A DNA stretch of 51,563 bases from an uncultured Verrucomicrobiota bacterium (GTDB taxonomy: Bacteria; Verrucomicrobiota; Kiritimatiellia; CAYTQP01). The position numbers and the translations under genes are program-made. Below, one piece after another: positions 29,333-38,845 of the stretch. The notes under the pieces are model-generated. The model had not been told where the DNA came from. It searched no databases and saw nothing but the letters and a program-made list of their open reading frames with translations. Position 1 is the stretch's first letter, and each line of letters opens with the position of its first letter. The DNA is taken from NCBI GenBank assembly GCA_964440175.1, contig CAYTQP010000002.1:1-51563 (forward strand), written 5' to 3'.

Positions 29333-29707
29333 TTACTGCTCAATGGTAACAAATGCCGTGGCGTATTCTTTGATATGCGATATTGAAACCTGTATATTCT
29401 TTAAGTTGTTCTGTTTATAAAACTCTTCAGTTTTGCCGCTCAAAGAAATCTCCGGGTTCCCCAGCGCATTGCCCAGTATCTCGATATCCCGAAAGGTCTG
29501 CCCGTTGCGCCAGCCAGTTCCCAGTGCTTTGAAGAGTGCCTCCTTAGCGGCAAATCGAGCAGCGTAATTTTGAGCGGGAAACCGCTTAGACTCACAATAC
29601 TCAATTTCGCGGACGGAGAATATCTTCTCCTTAAATCCGATGCCCCGCATAAGCTCTCTCTCAATCCTGACCACCTCTATAATATCTGTTCCAATCCCAA
29701 AAACCAT
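29333..29707 (-). CDS. acpS: Holo-[acyl-carrier-protein] synthase
   Basis: MVFGIGTDIIEVVRIE...FAAKEALFKALG...SISH pattern in a 124-aa protein. Confidence 0.9.
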   Translation of the reverse strand: MVFGIGTDIIEVVRIERELMRGIGFKEKIFSVREIEYCESKRFPAQNYAARFAAKEALFKALGTGWRNGQTFRDIEILGNALGNPEISLSGKTEEFYKQNNLKNIQVSISHIKEYATAFVTIEQ

Positions 29708-29749
29708 GCCTGCCCTTTCACTGAGGCAACGTTTAAAATATTCGCGTTG

Positions 29750-32700
29750 TCATGTCAACGATAAAGCCTCTTTCACGTCTTCAACAATAAGGTAGAGCGA
29801 AGGCACAAGTACAAGGGTTATAAGCGTTGAGAAAAGAATGCCAAATCCGAGCGAAATTGCCATAGGTATCATGAAACGGGCCTGGACAGAGGTCTCAAAT
29901 ATCATCGGTGCCAACCCCAGAAATGTGGTCAACGATGTGAGGAGCACGGGACGGAAACGGCGTGTGGGCGCATTTGCCGCCGCTGCGACGGTTGCCATTC
30001 CGCCACGCCTGTACTCGTTGGCGGTGTCGATCAGCAGGATATTGTCATTTATGACCACACCAGCCAGCGCGACGAGTCCCATCATGCTCACAAAGCTCAT
30101 ACTGAAGCCCATAATGATGTGTCCAATTATTGCCCCGATTATACCGAACGGGATCGCAATCAAGATAATCAACGCCTGGCTGTAGCTCTTAAACACAATG
30201 GCAAGCACCGCGAACAAGGCGATCAATGCCACGGCAAATCCGCGCATCATACCCCCCATCGACTCTCGTTTCTCACGCTGTTCTCCCTCAAGAGAATAGC
30301 TTAGCTGAGGATAATCAGCCCGGATGCCCGGTAACACATTCGCCTTAATGTCTGCCAGTATCTTTTCTGGCGAGTACTCTTTGGAAACGACATCAGCGGT
30401 GACATTGATCGTTCGCCGGGAACCGCTACGCTTGATCTTCTGATACGCCCGGGTGCGCGTGATCTCCGCCGCCTCCTCAAGCGTAATCTCCACTCCGCCT
30501 GATGAACGAATGATCAACCGCGTAATATCGCCCTCAAACCGCCGTTCGCTTTTCGGTAGACGCACATACACCTTCACCTCGTCGTGTCCACGTTGCTGTC
30601 TATACGCCTCAGCTCCAAAAAATGCGTTGCGTACTGCGGCAGCAAGATCCATCGAAGTTATGCCAAGACTACGCGCCGCAGGCTTAAGTTTGAAACTGAA
30701 CTGTTCCTTCCCACGCTCAACCCCGTCGTCAATCTCCACCACCCCGGCATACTCCCGCAACTTGTCCGCAATTTTCCCGGCTATCTCTTCCAGCGTCTTA
30801 TTGTCGGGGTGACTCAACTCAATGTCGATTGGGCTACCCATCGACGGACCAATACTGAACTTGAAAGAGAGCGATTCCAGTCCGGGAATGGGCCCCACCT
30901 CTTTTCTCCACAGCTTTGTGAATTTCTCCGCAGTAAGCGTACGGTTATCCAGAGAGACCAGATTCACCTCCACCCCCACGAGATGCCCCCCACGAGCACC
31001 GCCTTTGGCGGCTGGTCCAAATCCGCCCAGCACACTACCCACGCTTGAGTATACCCCCTCAACAATATTGGTGCCGCCATGCTCGTTCAAAACCCGCCAG
31101 GCACTCTCGCGCAACCGTTTCTCCACTTGGCAGGTGTTCTCGAATGCCGCCCCGTACGGCAGTGCCGCCGATGCCTGAACACTGTCGCTTTCAACCTTGG
31201 GGAAGAAGCGGTAGTTGATCCGCCCGCCCTTCCACCAGCCAATCACCAGAATAAAGAGAGCAAACCCGATTATAACTGTTGTGTAACGATACCTCAACGT
31301 CATCTTCACAAACGGATTATACTTCTTCTCAACAAAATCGTTCAGCTTTTTGCCAAAAAACCGTTGCGGAGCCTCGACAATCTTCCAGAACGAACCCTGC
31401 GAGCGAACCCGCTGATGAGCCAGATGCGATGGAAGTATGAATAGTGCTTCAATCAGCGATATGGAAAAGACCACAATTATCACCGTCGGAATATTGCGCC
31501 ACAACTGTCCCATTGCACCCGGAACAAAGAGCAACGGCATAAAAGCGATGATGTTGGTTAAAATCGCAAACACCACTGGTATTGCAACACTTCTTGTTCC
31601 ACGCACCGCTCCGGGAAGATACCCGTCCCCGCGCTGACGCTCATAATAAATACTTTCCCCCACCACAATGGCATCATCCACAACAATACCAACCGCAATA
31701 ATGAAGGCAAAGAGCGATATCATGTTGATGGAGACATTCAGATAAGGCAAAAACAATAGACACCCGATAAACGAAATCGGTATGCCAAGCGTCACCCAAA
31801 ATGCCAGTCGCACCTCAAGAAACATGCCAAGTATGATCATAACCAGACACAACCCAATTATAGCATTGCGCACCAGCAACCCAATCCTGTCACTGTATAT
31901 CTCCGAACGGTCATGAACAACATCCACTTTCACTGTTTCCGGCAACCGTTCGCGCAATTCGCGGACAAATTTGTTCGCCGCCTTCGATACGCTGATCGGG
32001 TCTTCTTCCCCCACGCGGTATACGGTCACGCTCGCCGCCGGCTTGCCGTTATACAATGTCTTCTGATCCACGTCAGCGAAGCCGTCTCTTATCTCCGCAA
32101 TATCCTCCAGTCGCACTTTCGCGCCGTCGGGCGCGGTGATGACAGGAATATCTGCATACTCCCCACCGTAATCGCGACGCTCATCCACCCGCACAAGCAT
32201 CTCGCCACCCGGGGTCTTCACCCCGCCACCACCCATCTCAATCGATGTCCGCCGTATCTGCCGGGCTATCCCGCCAAGTGTTAATCCGTGCTCGCGCAAC
32301 TTTGAAAGAGGAACCTCCACACTGATCTCAAGCGGACGGGTGCCGGAGACAGTTGCCAGCGTGATGTGTGGATCATGTGCGATATCAATCTTAACATCCT
32401 CCGCCAAACCACGCAACACCTGCTCGCTGACATCACCGTAGAGGATAACAGACAAAACCGGGCGATGTATAGAAATAAGACTCACCGTCGGCTCTTCAAT
32501 CTCTTCGGGGAAAGAGGTTACACGATCTATCTCGTTCTTTATATCCTGCAAAACTTTATTCCCGCTCGCCCCGTCGAGCAACTCCACCGACACCGTTCCC
32601 ACACCCTCCACCGCAGATGACGTTACTCTTTTGACACCATCAAGACCGCGTACCGATTCCTCAACCACCAGAAGTATGCCCTGCTCGATATCCGCCGGAG

Positions 32701-32893
32701 TCGCACCCGGATACGGCACGGAAATATTAACCATATCAACCTCAAACGCAGGGAATACCTCCTGACGGATACGCGACATCGACATAATCCCGCCCACCAA
32801 AAACAGGAGCATTAGCAGATTGGCGGCAACACTGTTTTTCGCCATCCAAGCTATCGGTCCCTTATCGGTCGCCTCAGGATTCATCCGAAACAT
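29750..32893 (-). CDS. RND efflux transporter permease subunit (AcrB/CzcA superfamily)
   Basis: 1047 aa with a 12-TM two-fold repeat architecture. The N-terminus (IAWMAKNSVAANLLMLLFLVGG...) and conserved TM4 region (VGIVVDDAIVVGE) are typical. Confidence 0.93.
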   Translation of the reverse strand: MFRMNPEATDKGPIAWMAKNSVAANLLMLLFLVGGIMSMSRIRQEVFPAFEVDMVNISVPYPGATPADIEQGILLVVEESVRGLDGVKRVTSSAVEGVGTVSVELLDGASGNKVLQDIKNEIDRVTSFPEEIEEPTVSLISIHRPVLSVILYGDVSEQVLRGLAEDVKIDIAHDPHITLATVSGTRPLEISVEVPLSKLREHGLTLGGIARQIRRTSIEMGGGGVKTPGGEMLVRVDERRDYGGEYADIPVITAPDGAKVRLEDIAEIRDGFADVDQKTLYNGKPAASVTVYRVGEEDPISVSKAANKFVRELRERLPETVKVDVVHDRSEIYSDRIGLLVRNAIIGLCLVMIILGMFLEVRLAFWVTLGIPISFIGCLLFLPYLNVSINMISLFAFIIAVGIVVDDAIVVGESIYYERQRGDGYLPGAVRGTRSVAIPVVFAILTNIIAFMPLLFVPGAMGQLWRNIPTVIIVVFSISLIEALFILPSHLAHQRVRSQGSFWKIVEAPQRFFGKKLNDFVEKKYNPFVKMTLRYRYTTVIIGFALFILVIGWWKGGRINYRFFPKVESDSVQASAALPYGAAFENTCQVEKRLRESAWRVLNEHGGTNIVEGVYSSVGSVLGGFGPAAKGGARGGHLVGVEVNLVSLDNRTLTAEKFTKLWRKEVGPIPGLESLSFKFSIGPSMGSPIDIELSHPDNKTLEEIAGKIADKLREYAGVVEIDDGVERGKEQFSFKLKPAARSLGITSMDLAAAVRNAFFGAEAYRQQRGHDEVKVYVRLPKSERRFEGDITRLIIRSSGGVEITLEEAAEITRTRAYQKIKRSGSRRTINVTADVVSKEYSPEKILADIKANVLPGIRADYPQLSYSLEGEQREKRESMGGMMRGFAVALIALFAVLAIVFKSYSQALIILIAIPFGIIGAIIGHIIMGFSMSFVSMMGLVALAGVVINDNILLIDTANEYRRGGMATVAAAANAPTRRFRPVLLTSLTTFLGLAPMIFETSVQARFMIPMAISLGFGILFSTLITLVLVPSLYLIVEDVKEALSLT

Positions 32894-34118
32894 CCTTTCT
32901 CATTCCAGGTTTCCCGGGTTTAGAATTCTTTTTCCCCACAGGAGAACCCTTTTCGCGCAACGTCATCCCCGGCACAGGCACAGCTATGTGCGAAGAGACC
33001 ACACGCTCACCGTCATTCAAACCGCCACCTATCAACACCCTTCCCGAAGAACGCCGCAAAATATCGACATCCCTGAAACGCAGTTTTTTCTCTTCATCCA
33101 TCACCCACACCCGCTTCCCCTCGCGCACCAGCGTACCGGGCAACTCAATTGTGTCATCTACCGTCACACCCTCAATCAGGCAGTGAACATACGACCCTGC
33201 AAAGAGACGTTTTTTCCTGTCATCCCCCCGTAAACTCAGTGGGTCCTCCACACGCACCAGTACGCGTGCCATACGCCCGACCTTTCCCAATCCGCCCAGT
33301 ACACGAATCACTTTCCCTTTAAATTCAGTGGTTTCCCCACCGCCAAGATCGTGAAAAACCCGAACCGTAGCACCGCCAGCACCGTTCCGATCGGGCCAAT
33401 GCATATTGCGCAATTCCGCCACAGGCATAGATAGCTCCACGCGAAACGAATCTGTGCCCGCCAGTGCCGCCAACCGCGCCTGTGGCGAAACCAGTTGCCC
33501 GCAATCAACATATTCATCGAGAACAACCGCATTAAACGGAGCCTTAATCTCGGTGCGCTCCATATCGAGTCGCGCCCGCTCAAGAGCATTACTCGCCGCA
33601 TAAACCTTTGTCATTGCCGCCTTCAGTTGCGGTCCGCGCAACGCTAATGCTTTAGCGCGGCTATCCTCCACCATCCCCACATCAAGCATGCTCCACTCCT
33701 CCCGCGCAATATCCCTGCGCGAAAGTTCAATCTGATACAACACTCCCGCCTGCTCCAACGCAGATTCACCCTGTTTGACGGCAACCAAATAGTTGCGCTT
33801 GTCAATACGCAACAAAACCTCGCCCTCATCCACAATCCCACCGGGAATCAGATTGGGGTTCTTCCAGACAATTAATCCGCTCACCTCTGGCTTCAACTCC
33901 ACATTCTTTTCCGGCATGACATTTCCATCGGCATCGATAATTATCCGATGGCTCCCCTTTTTAACCGTCACCGTCTCCACCACCAACACAAGCTTCGGCT
34001 GTTTCTTCTTTCTGGGAGAAGTTTTAGTCTTCACCAGCCACACAGCCAGCACCACTGTTAATACGAGAACCATTATCGGTGTCAGCACCTGTAAAAAATT
34101 TAGTTTTTTCCCACTCAT
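32874..34118 (-). CDS. RND efflux periplasmic adaptor (membrane fusion protein)
   Basis: N-terminal anchor, a coiled-coil hairpin region and beta-barrel segments. It is sandwiched between the OMF and RND genes, with a 1-nt TAATG overlap with the OMF gene. Confidence 0.85.
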   Translation of the reverse strand: MSGKKLNFLQVLTPIMVLVLTVVLAVWLVKTKTSPRKKKQPKLVLVVETVTVKKGSHRIIIDADGNVMPEKNVELKPEVSGLIVWKNPNLIPGGIVDEGEVLLRIDKRNYLVAVKQGESALEQAGVLYQIELSRRDIAREEWSMLDVGMVEDSRAKALALRGPQLKAAMTKVYAASNALERARLDMERTEIKAPFNAVVLDEYVDCGQLVSPQARLAALAGTDSFRVELSMPVAELRNMHWPDRNGAGGATVRVFHDLGGGETTEFKGKVIRVLGGLGKVGRMARVLVRVEDPLSLRGDDRKKRLFAGSYVHCLIEGVTVDDTIELPGTLVREGKRVWVMDEEKKLRFRDVDILRRSSGRVLIGGGLNDGERVVSSHIAVPVPGMTLREKGSPVGKKNSKPGKPGMRKDVSDES

Positions 34119-35554
34119 TATCTCTCTCCGTTATTTAGCTCCGCACGCTCATCCAGACCCGGAAAATTACCGCCCAGCGCACGATGAAGCTGGATGCGAA
34201 AACTCACAAGCTTTCGCCGCGCATCCACAAGTGCGCGTGCCGTCGCCTGCTTCGACTCAAGGGCAGTCAACACCGAAAGATAATCGCTCAGCCCACGCCT
34301 GTAACGCGAACCCGCCTGTTTCAAAGTTTGCTCTGCTATCTCGTACTGGCGCGTCTTGCGACGGATCAGCTCCACCTGCTGTTGCTCCTCAACAAGTGCG
34401 TCCTCTACCTCCCGCATCGCGTTCAAAAGCACCTCTCCGCATCGACTCAGCCTCTCCGCCACCACCGCCTGTGCGCGATCGGCTTCCGCCCGCCTTCGCC
34501 CGCCGTCAATAATCGGTGCCAGCAAATTTCCCGCCACATTCCAAAGCCAGTCGTCCAACAGATCGGCTGCGTCGCTGGCAGAGTAACCCGCAGATGCAGT
34601 AAGTCGCAACGAAGGCAATCGGTCGGCAATAGCGGCTGCGACACGTTCATCCGCCGCCCTGACACGCTCAATCGCGGAGCGCACATCCGGACGATTTTCC
34701 AGTAGATCAGCCGGCACCCCCATCTCCGGCTTCGGCGGCAGATCAGGAATGCTTGCTGGTTTTAAATCGGCAACATTTTGCGGGTTACGCCCCAGCAACA
34801 CCGCCAATTGATGACGTTTTGTGACCAGCATAGACTCAATGCCAGGTTGAAATGTCTGCAATGCAGCCAGTTGTCCGCGCTGTTGCCACACATCCAAAGC
34901 CGTCGCCTGCCCGGTCTTAAAACGCAGTTCTATCAAGTGGACAACTTTCTCGTTACTCCCAATCTGGGCCTCCAGTAACTCAAGTTGCTCATTCAACGAT
35001 GCCAGATAATACCACGTCTCCACCACCCGTGCCACCAGCGTCATTGCCGCCGTCTCCAAATCGTCCATTGATGCCTGCGCATCAATTGCCGCCGCCCGCT
35101 CAATCGCGCCAACCCGCCCCCACAAATCAATCTCGTATGATGCTGCTAGATTCAAACCGAATCTGTTGCTTGTCCGGCTGACCTTATTCCCCCGCATATC
35201 AAAAGCCGTTGCACGCCCGCGGGCGGCGGATCCTCCTGCGTTCACTTGCGGAATGCGTGCCGCGCCTGCTTTCCGCGCCAAAGCCTCGGCCTGCTCCAAA
35301 CGCGCCGCCGCCTGTTTCAATCCTGGATTTCCTGCCAGTGCTTCCTCAATAATCGCGTTAAGCCCCGTGTCCCCAAATGAAGTCCACCAATAATTGGTAC
35401 TCGCCCGTCCCTCAACCCGCATCTCATACGCCTCAGGAATCACAGCCGGGGGCAACCGTGCCTCTTTTGGAATATGTGCGCAGGAGCAGAACACCATCAA
35501 TCCGACAGCCCCCGCTAAAAACGATCTAATAACTCTCTCACCCATCTCCGCCAC
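34118..35554 (-). CDS. Outer-membrane efflux lipoprotein (NodT/TolC family)
   Basis: Lipobox-like LMVFCSC followed by two TolC-type repeats (e.g. LQTFQPGIESMLV...RPDVRSAIERVRAADERV). First gene of the efflux operon. Starts at GTG 35554 or ATG 35545. Confidence 0.85.
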   Translation of the reverse strand: MAEMGERVIRSFLAGAVGLMVFCSCAHIPKEARLPPAVIPEAYEMRVEGRASTNYWWTSFGDTGLNAIIEEALAGNPGLKQAAARLEQAEALARKAGAARIPQVNAGGSAARGRATAFDMRGNKVSRTSNRFGLNLAASYEIDLWGRVGAIERAAAIDAQASMDDLETAAMTLVARVVETWYYLASLNEQLELLEAQIGSNEKVVHLIELRFKTGQATALDVWQQRGQLAALQTFQPGIESMLVTKRHQLAVLLGRNPQNVADLKPASIPDLPPKPEMGVPADLLENRPDVRSAIERVRAADERVAAAIADRLPSLRLTASAGYSASDAADLLDDWLWNVAGNLLAPIIDGGRRRAEADRAQAVVAERLSRCGEVLLNAMREVEDALVEEQQQVELIRRKTRQYEIAEQTLKQAGSRYRRGLSDYLSVLTALESKQATARALVDARRKLVSFRIQLHRALGGNFPGLDERAELNNGER

Positions 35555-35578
35555 CGGTCTTTACAGTTTAAAACCGTG

Positions 35579-35607
35579 AATGTAGCATAAATTCAAGAGC
35601 GGTTCAA
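35579..35607 (-). promoter_or_regulatory. Candidate sigma70-type promoter of the efflux operon
   Basis: On the minus strand: TTGAAC (35607-35602), a 17-nt spacer, then TACATT (35584-35579), about 25 nt upstream of the OMF start. This is a consensus match only. Confidence 0.3.
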
Positions 35608-35640
35608 GATTCAGAGTCCCGGAAGTTTACCGCTTCATGC

Positions 35641-35668
35641 AAAAAACACTTGTCCCAAGCCTGGACAA
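35641..35668 (-). terminator. Candidate intrinsic terminator after the MoxR-cluster operon
   Basis: On the minus strand: TTGTCC-aggcttg-GGACAA, then gtg, then TTTTTT (plus-strand A6 at 35641-35646). The stem is short (6 bp), so the call is weak. Confidence 0.35.
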
Positions 35669-35700
35669 TCTTTTCAGACGTTTGTCCTAATGTTGGACAA
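35650..35700. repeat. Two tandem copies of the palindrome TTGTCC-N7-GGACAA
   Basis: Half-sites at 35650-35655 / 35663-35668 and 35682-35687 / 35695-35700. The copies are 32 nt apart, between the RDD gene stop (35714) and the efflux operon promoter region. Confidence 0.6.
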
Positions 35701-35713
35701 CTGCTGCCCCATG

Positions 35714-36445
35714 TCAAAACGACGTTCCTTCGTTCCGCCGCTCACCGCGCTTATAGACACTGCTGACCACATTGCGGACAAACTGTTCGTCGGAGATGTT
35801 TTCGGACACTTCGGGCGGGAAGCACACCATGCTCTGAAAATGTGCCGCCAGGGCATGAAACACCTCAAGACGTGCGCGATCCTCGAAATCGGAACAGCGC
35901 AGCAACGCGGAGACAGCAATTGAAACCTCACGCGGAGAGATGAGTGAGCAGAGACGCGCCTCCAGGGATGGATAACTGCGGAATGAGTTGTATTTCCCGC
36001 CGATAAGTCCCTCCACGTCCGGCAGGCGGGCACGGGGCTGTCGCACAACCAGTGTTCCGGCGGCGATATCCCCCAGCCGTTGTGTACGCGGACTGAGCAG
36101 AACCGTGATGCCGCCCACGAAATAGAAGATCGGGAATGAGTCCACAAAACGGAGAAGGTTGCGTATGACAATCTGGCTGAAGCGGAGACGATAGCCACTC
36201 TCCTCAACCACCCGCAGACGCATGATGCGTTTCCCGAGTGTCTGCCCGTTCCACATCCACTCCAGATAGATGCTGTATCCAATCGATATTGCGAAATAGA
36301 TCAGTGCCGAAAGTGCCATCGCGACATTTAAATCAAAGACAGCAACCAGACCGAGCAAAAAACTCACCCCCATAGTTAATATACTGACCACCGCAAGATC
36401 GAGTAGCCATGCCAACATGCGGGAGGCTGGACTGGCAAGCATCAT
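35714..36445 (-). CDS. RDD family membrane protein
   Basis: SRMLAWLLDLAVV...GQTLGKRIMRLRVV...RNLLRFVDSFP is the RDD-domain pattern, with 3 TM segments and a ~110-aa cytoplasmic tail. Confidence 0.7.
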   Translation of the reverse strand: MMLASPASRMLAWLLDLAVVSILTMGVSFLLGLVAVFDLNVAMALSALIYFAISIGYSIYLEWMWNGQTLGKRIMRLRVVEESGYRLRFSQIVIRNLLRFVDSFPIFYFVGGITVLLSPRTQRLGDIAAGTLVVRQPRARLPDVEGLIGGKYNSFRSYPSLEARLCSLISPREVSIAVSALLRCSDFEDRARLEVFHALAAHFQSMVCFPPEVSENISDEQFVRNVVSSVYKRGERRNEGTSF

Positions 36446-36497
36446 AGAGAAGACAAGCCCCTCCGGCGTGCGAATATTGTGTGTGTGAAACTTTGTG

Positions 36498-37508
36498 TTA
36501 ATCGTCTGCGCCCTCCACGTTTCCCGCCTTACGCCCGCTGAACATCAGAAACGCCGACAGCAAAAGCAACTCCATTATGCCAACAGCTATCTTGATCGTG
36601 TAAGGAAGAACCGGTTCATGATTCTGCGAGAAATATGCTTCAACAATCCCCGCCCACACCAACAGGCACGCCACTCCTCCAATCAACGTCACAAGATCGG
36701 GCATGACAGCACGCAAACGCATTCTCATGGAGAGCCGATCGCCCCATCCTATCATCGCTCCAGCGAGTAGCAGTCCCGCCTGCCCGGCAATCAGTATGGC
36801 TGGTATCTCCACGCTTCCGTGCGGTAGCAACCAGCCCGTTAAAAACACGCCCTCACCGGCCATAACATAGTCGGCAATCACCGCCCCCATAATAACACCA
36901 TTGTAAAAGAGCAGTATGACAGAACCCACACCCCATGAAATCCCCAACGCCAGAATAAGAATGGAAACCTTTGTGTTGTGGGTCATCAGCGTTGTCGAAA
37001 AATAACCATGCCCCTGCGACGAAAAATTACCCTCTCTCTCCTCTTCATCAACACGTTCCGACGGACTTCCCTGAAGATGAGAGAACGGCATCAGCACAGC
37101 CTTGGCTTCGGAATCGGCAATCAGCGCGGCTCCGCCGAAAAACATACCGACCAAAGTGACCACGACGGAGAGCGAAAAACAACGGATGTTGTGACGAAAA
37201 ACACGCGGAAATGTTTTAAAAAACCAGTGAAACGGACGAAAACGTGTGCTACCAGACTGTCTCTCATGAATCTCACTGAATGATCTGGAGACAAGCGATT
37301 CGAGATAGACGCGCAACTCATCCTGCCCGATAAATTCACGTATATGCGCGAGATCGGCGGAGACGCGCTCAATCAGATAGTGAAAACGCTTGAGTTCATC
37401 GAGAGTGAATCTCCCAAACGGGTCACGTTTGATGCGGAGCAACAATGCCTCCAGCTCATCCCACACCGGTCGCTCTTTTTCAATAAACCGCTGGAGATCA
37501 ATAATCAT
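36498..37508 (-). CDS. SpoIIM-like (DUF95) membrane protein
   Basis: N-terminal soluble helix bundle (FIEKERPVWDELEALLLRI...RFHYLIERVSADLAHIR), then 5-6 TM segments with LLPHGSVEIPAILIAG, resembling the stage II sporulation protein M family. Confidence 0.6.
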   Translation of the reverse strand: MIIDLQRFIEKERPVWDELEALLLRIKRDPFGRFTLDELKRFHYLIERVSADLAHIREFIGQDELRVYLESLVSRSFSEIHERQSGSTRFRPFHWFFKTFPRVFRHNIRCFSLSVVVTLVGMFFGGAALIADSEAKAVLMPFSHLQGSPSERVDEEEREGNFSSQGHGYFSTTLMTHNTKVSILILALGISWGVGSVILLFYNGVIMGAVIADYVMAGEGVFLTGWLLPHGSVEIPAILIAGQAGLLLAGAMIGWGDRLSMRMRLRAVMPDLVTLIGGVACLLVWAGIVEAYFSQNHEPVLPYTIKIAVGIMELLLLSAFLMFSGRKAGNVEGADD

Positions 37509-38845
37509 ATCATCTGCCTCTGTTTAATCCGCATATACTGCGTAATAAGTTCAGTGCTAAGCTGTTCGTTATCAAGCAAATTGAACTGCACTCCGATAAC
37601 TTTGAGATGCACTCCAAGCTCGCGCAACTTGCGCCAGGCGATGTGTCCGCCGAGTCGCTCGTACAAATCGGAGACAGACTTTGCAGCCTCTCCGCTAAAT
37701 AGCGGTTGCGCTCCTTCAGGACTGATCATGTTCACCACCACCAGATGGTGACGGCTGAGCATGGCGATGCTCTCCCTAAAATGTTCTGCCTCATAGGCAT
37801 CATCAAGACTGGTCAGAAACACAAGGAGCGCACGCTTGCGCAGACGGGTGCGGATGAATGAGACAACCTCCGCGAAATCGGGTAAGGCATCTTCTGGAAG
37901 GAGTCTGTAGATGGCGTTGCGACACGTATCGAAATGCTGCTTCCCGCGTGCCGCTTTCAAAAAGATATGTGGCTTGGAGCCAAACTCTATCAAACCAAAC
38001 ATATCTCCCTGCGACTCCGCCGCCACGGCGAGCATCAACGTCGAACTGATGTAACGCTCCAGTAACGTCACGGTTTCATCGCTGTCCGGCACTTTCATCT
38101 GACGACTGCTGAGCCGCGAGGAATCAAGAATCACATAAACCTCCTGCGTCCGCTCAATCTGATAAACCTTTGTGACGGGATGCTGGCGTTTGGCAGTGGT
38201 TTTCCAGTGGATATCCTGATAGGTGTCGCCTGGAATATATTCACGCAACTTCTCAAATTCGCGCCCTTTGCTCACCTGTCGCCAGAGATGTCCGCCAAAA
38301 TCTCCACGGTTGAGAAAGAGCGCGGCCGCGCCACGTCGCTCACACCGCAAATTCGGATAGACGCGCAACTCTGTCTCCAGCGCAATCACCCGGCGCACAC
38401 TCCAAAACCCCAGCACCGATGCGACCTCCAGGCAACATGCACGCAGAAAAAACCTTCCGCACTCCACCGGCTCCACCGTCCAGCTCAAACCATACCATCT
38501 CTCCGCCTCAGGAATCGGCATCACAAAACTCTCCGCCACCGTATGTATCTTCTCCGGTAGCTGAAGGCCAAAACGCACAGCATTGAAAGTCCGCCCCGAA
38601 CTCTTGACCCGCAACTCGATGCGTCCCTCAACCCGCCTGGAAAGTCGCGCCATCTCAGATGCCTCCACCTCCAGCGGGAAGAGCCGCCGAAAACTGAGCG
38701 CGGCATCCAGCAAGATCGCAAGAAGAAGAAGAGTCGCCACCGCGATGGCGGCAGGAAAAGCGGCGGAGATAAACACCGTCACGAATGCGGCGGGCAGCAA
38801 CACCCAGCCCGTACTGAACAATAGTCTGTTTGCGGGAACAATCAA
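37505..38845 (-). CDS. DUF58 (vWA-fold) protein with N-terminal TM pair
   Basis: GREFEKLREYIPGDTYQDIHWKTTAKRQHPVTKVYQIERTQEVYVILDSSR is the DUF58 signature. It has 4-nt overlaps with both neighbours and follows MoxR, the usual partner arrangement. Confidence 0.78.
   Translation of the reverse strand: MIVPANRLLFSTGWVLLPAAFVTVFISAAFPAAIAVATLLLLAILLDAALSFRRLFPLEVEASEMARLSRRVEGRIELRVKSSGRTFNAVRFGLQLPEKIHTVAESFVMPIPEAERWYGLSWTVEPVECGRFFLRACCLEVASVLGFWSVRRVIALETELRVYPNLRCERRGAAALFLNRGDFGGHLWRQVSKGREFEKLREYIPGDTYQDIHWKTTAKRQHPVTKVYQIERTQEVYVILDSSRLSSRQMKVPDSDETVTLLERYISSTLMLAVAAESQGDMFGLIEFGSKPHIFLKAARGKQHFDTCRNAIYRLLPEDALPDFAEVVSFIRTRLRKRALLVFLTSLDDAYEAEHFRESIAMLSRHHLVVVNMISPEGAQPLFSGEAAKSVSDLYERLGGHIAWRKLRELGVHLKVIGVQFNLLDNEQLSTELITQYMRIKQRQMI

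Noticed and set aside
33793-34512. 239-aa plus-strand ORF spanning the MFP/OMF junction.
   Set aside because: It is antisense to two well-supported efflux genes, and its Pro/Ser/Thr-rich translation is typical of GC-rich shadow frames.
35674-36282. 202-aa minus-strand ORF in an alternative frame overlapping the RDD gene.
   Set aside because: The RDD frame (35714-36445) has the domain pattern and TM helices. The alternative frame is Cys/Arg/Ser-rich with no features.
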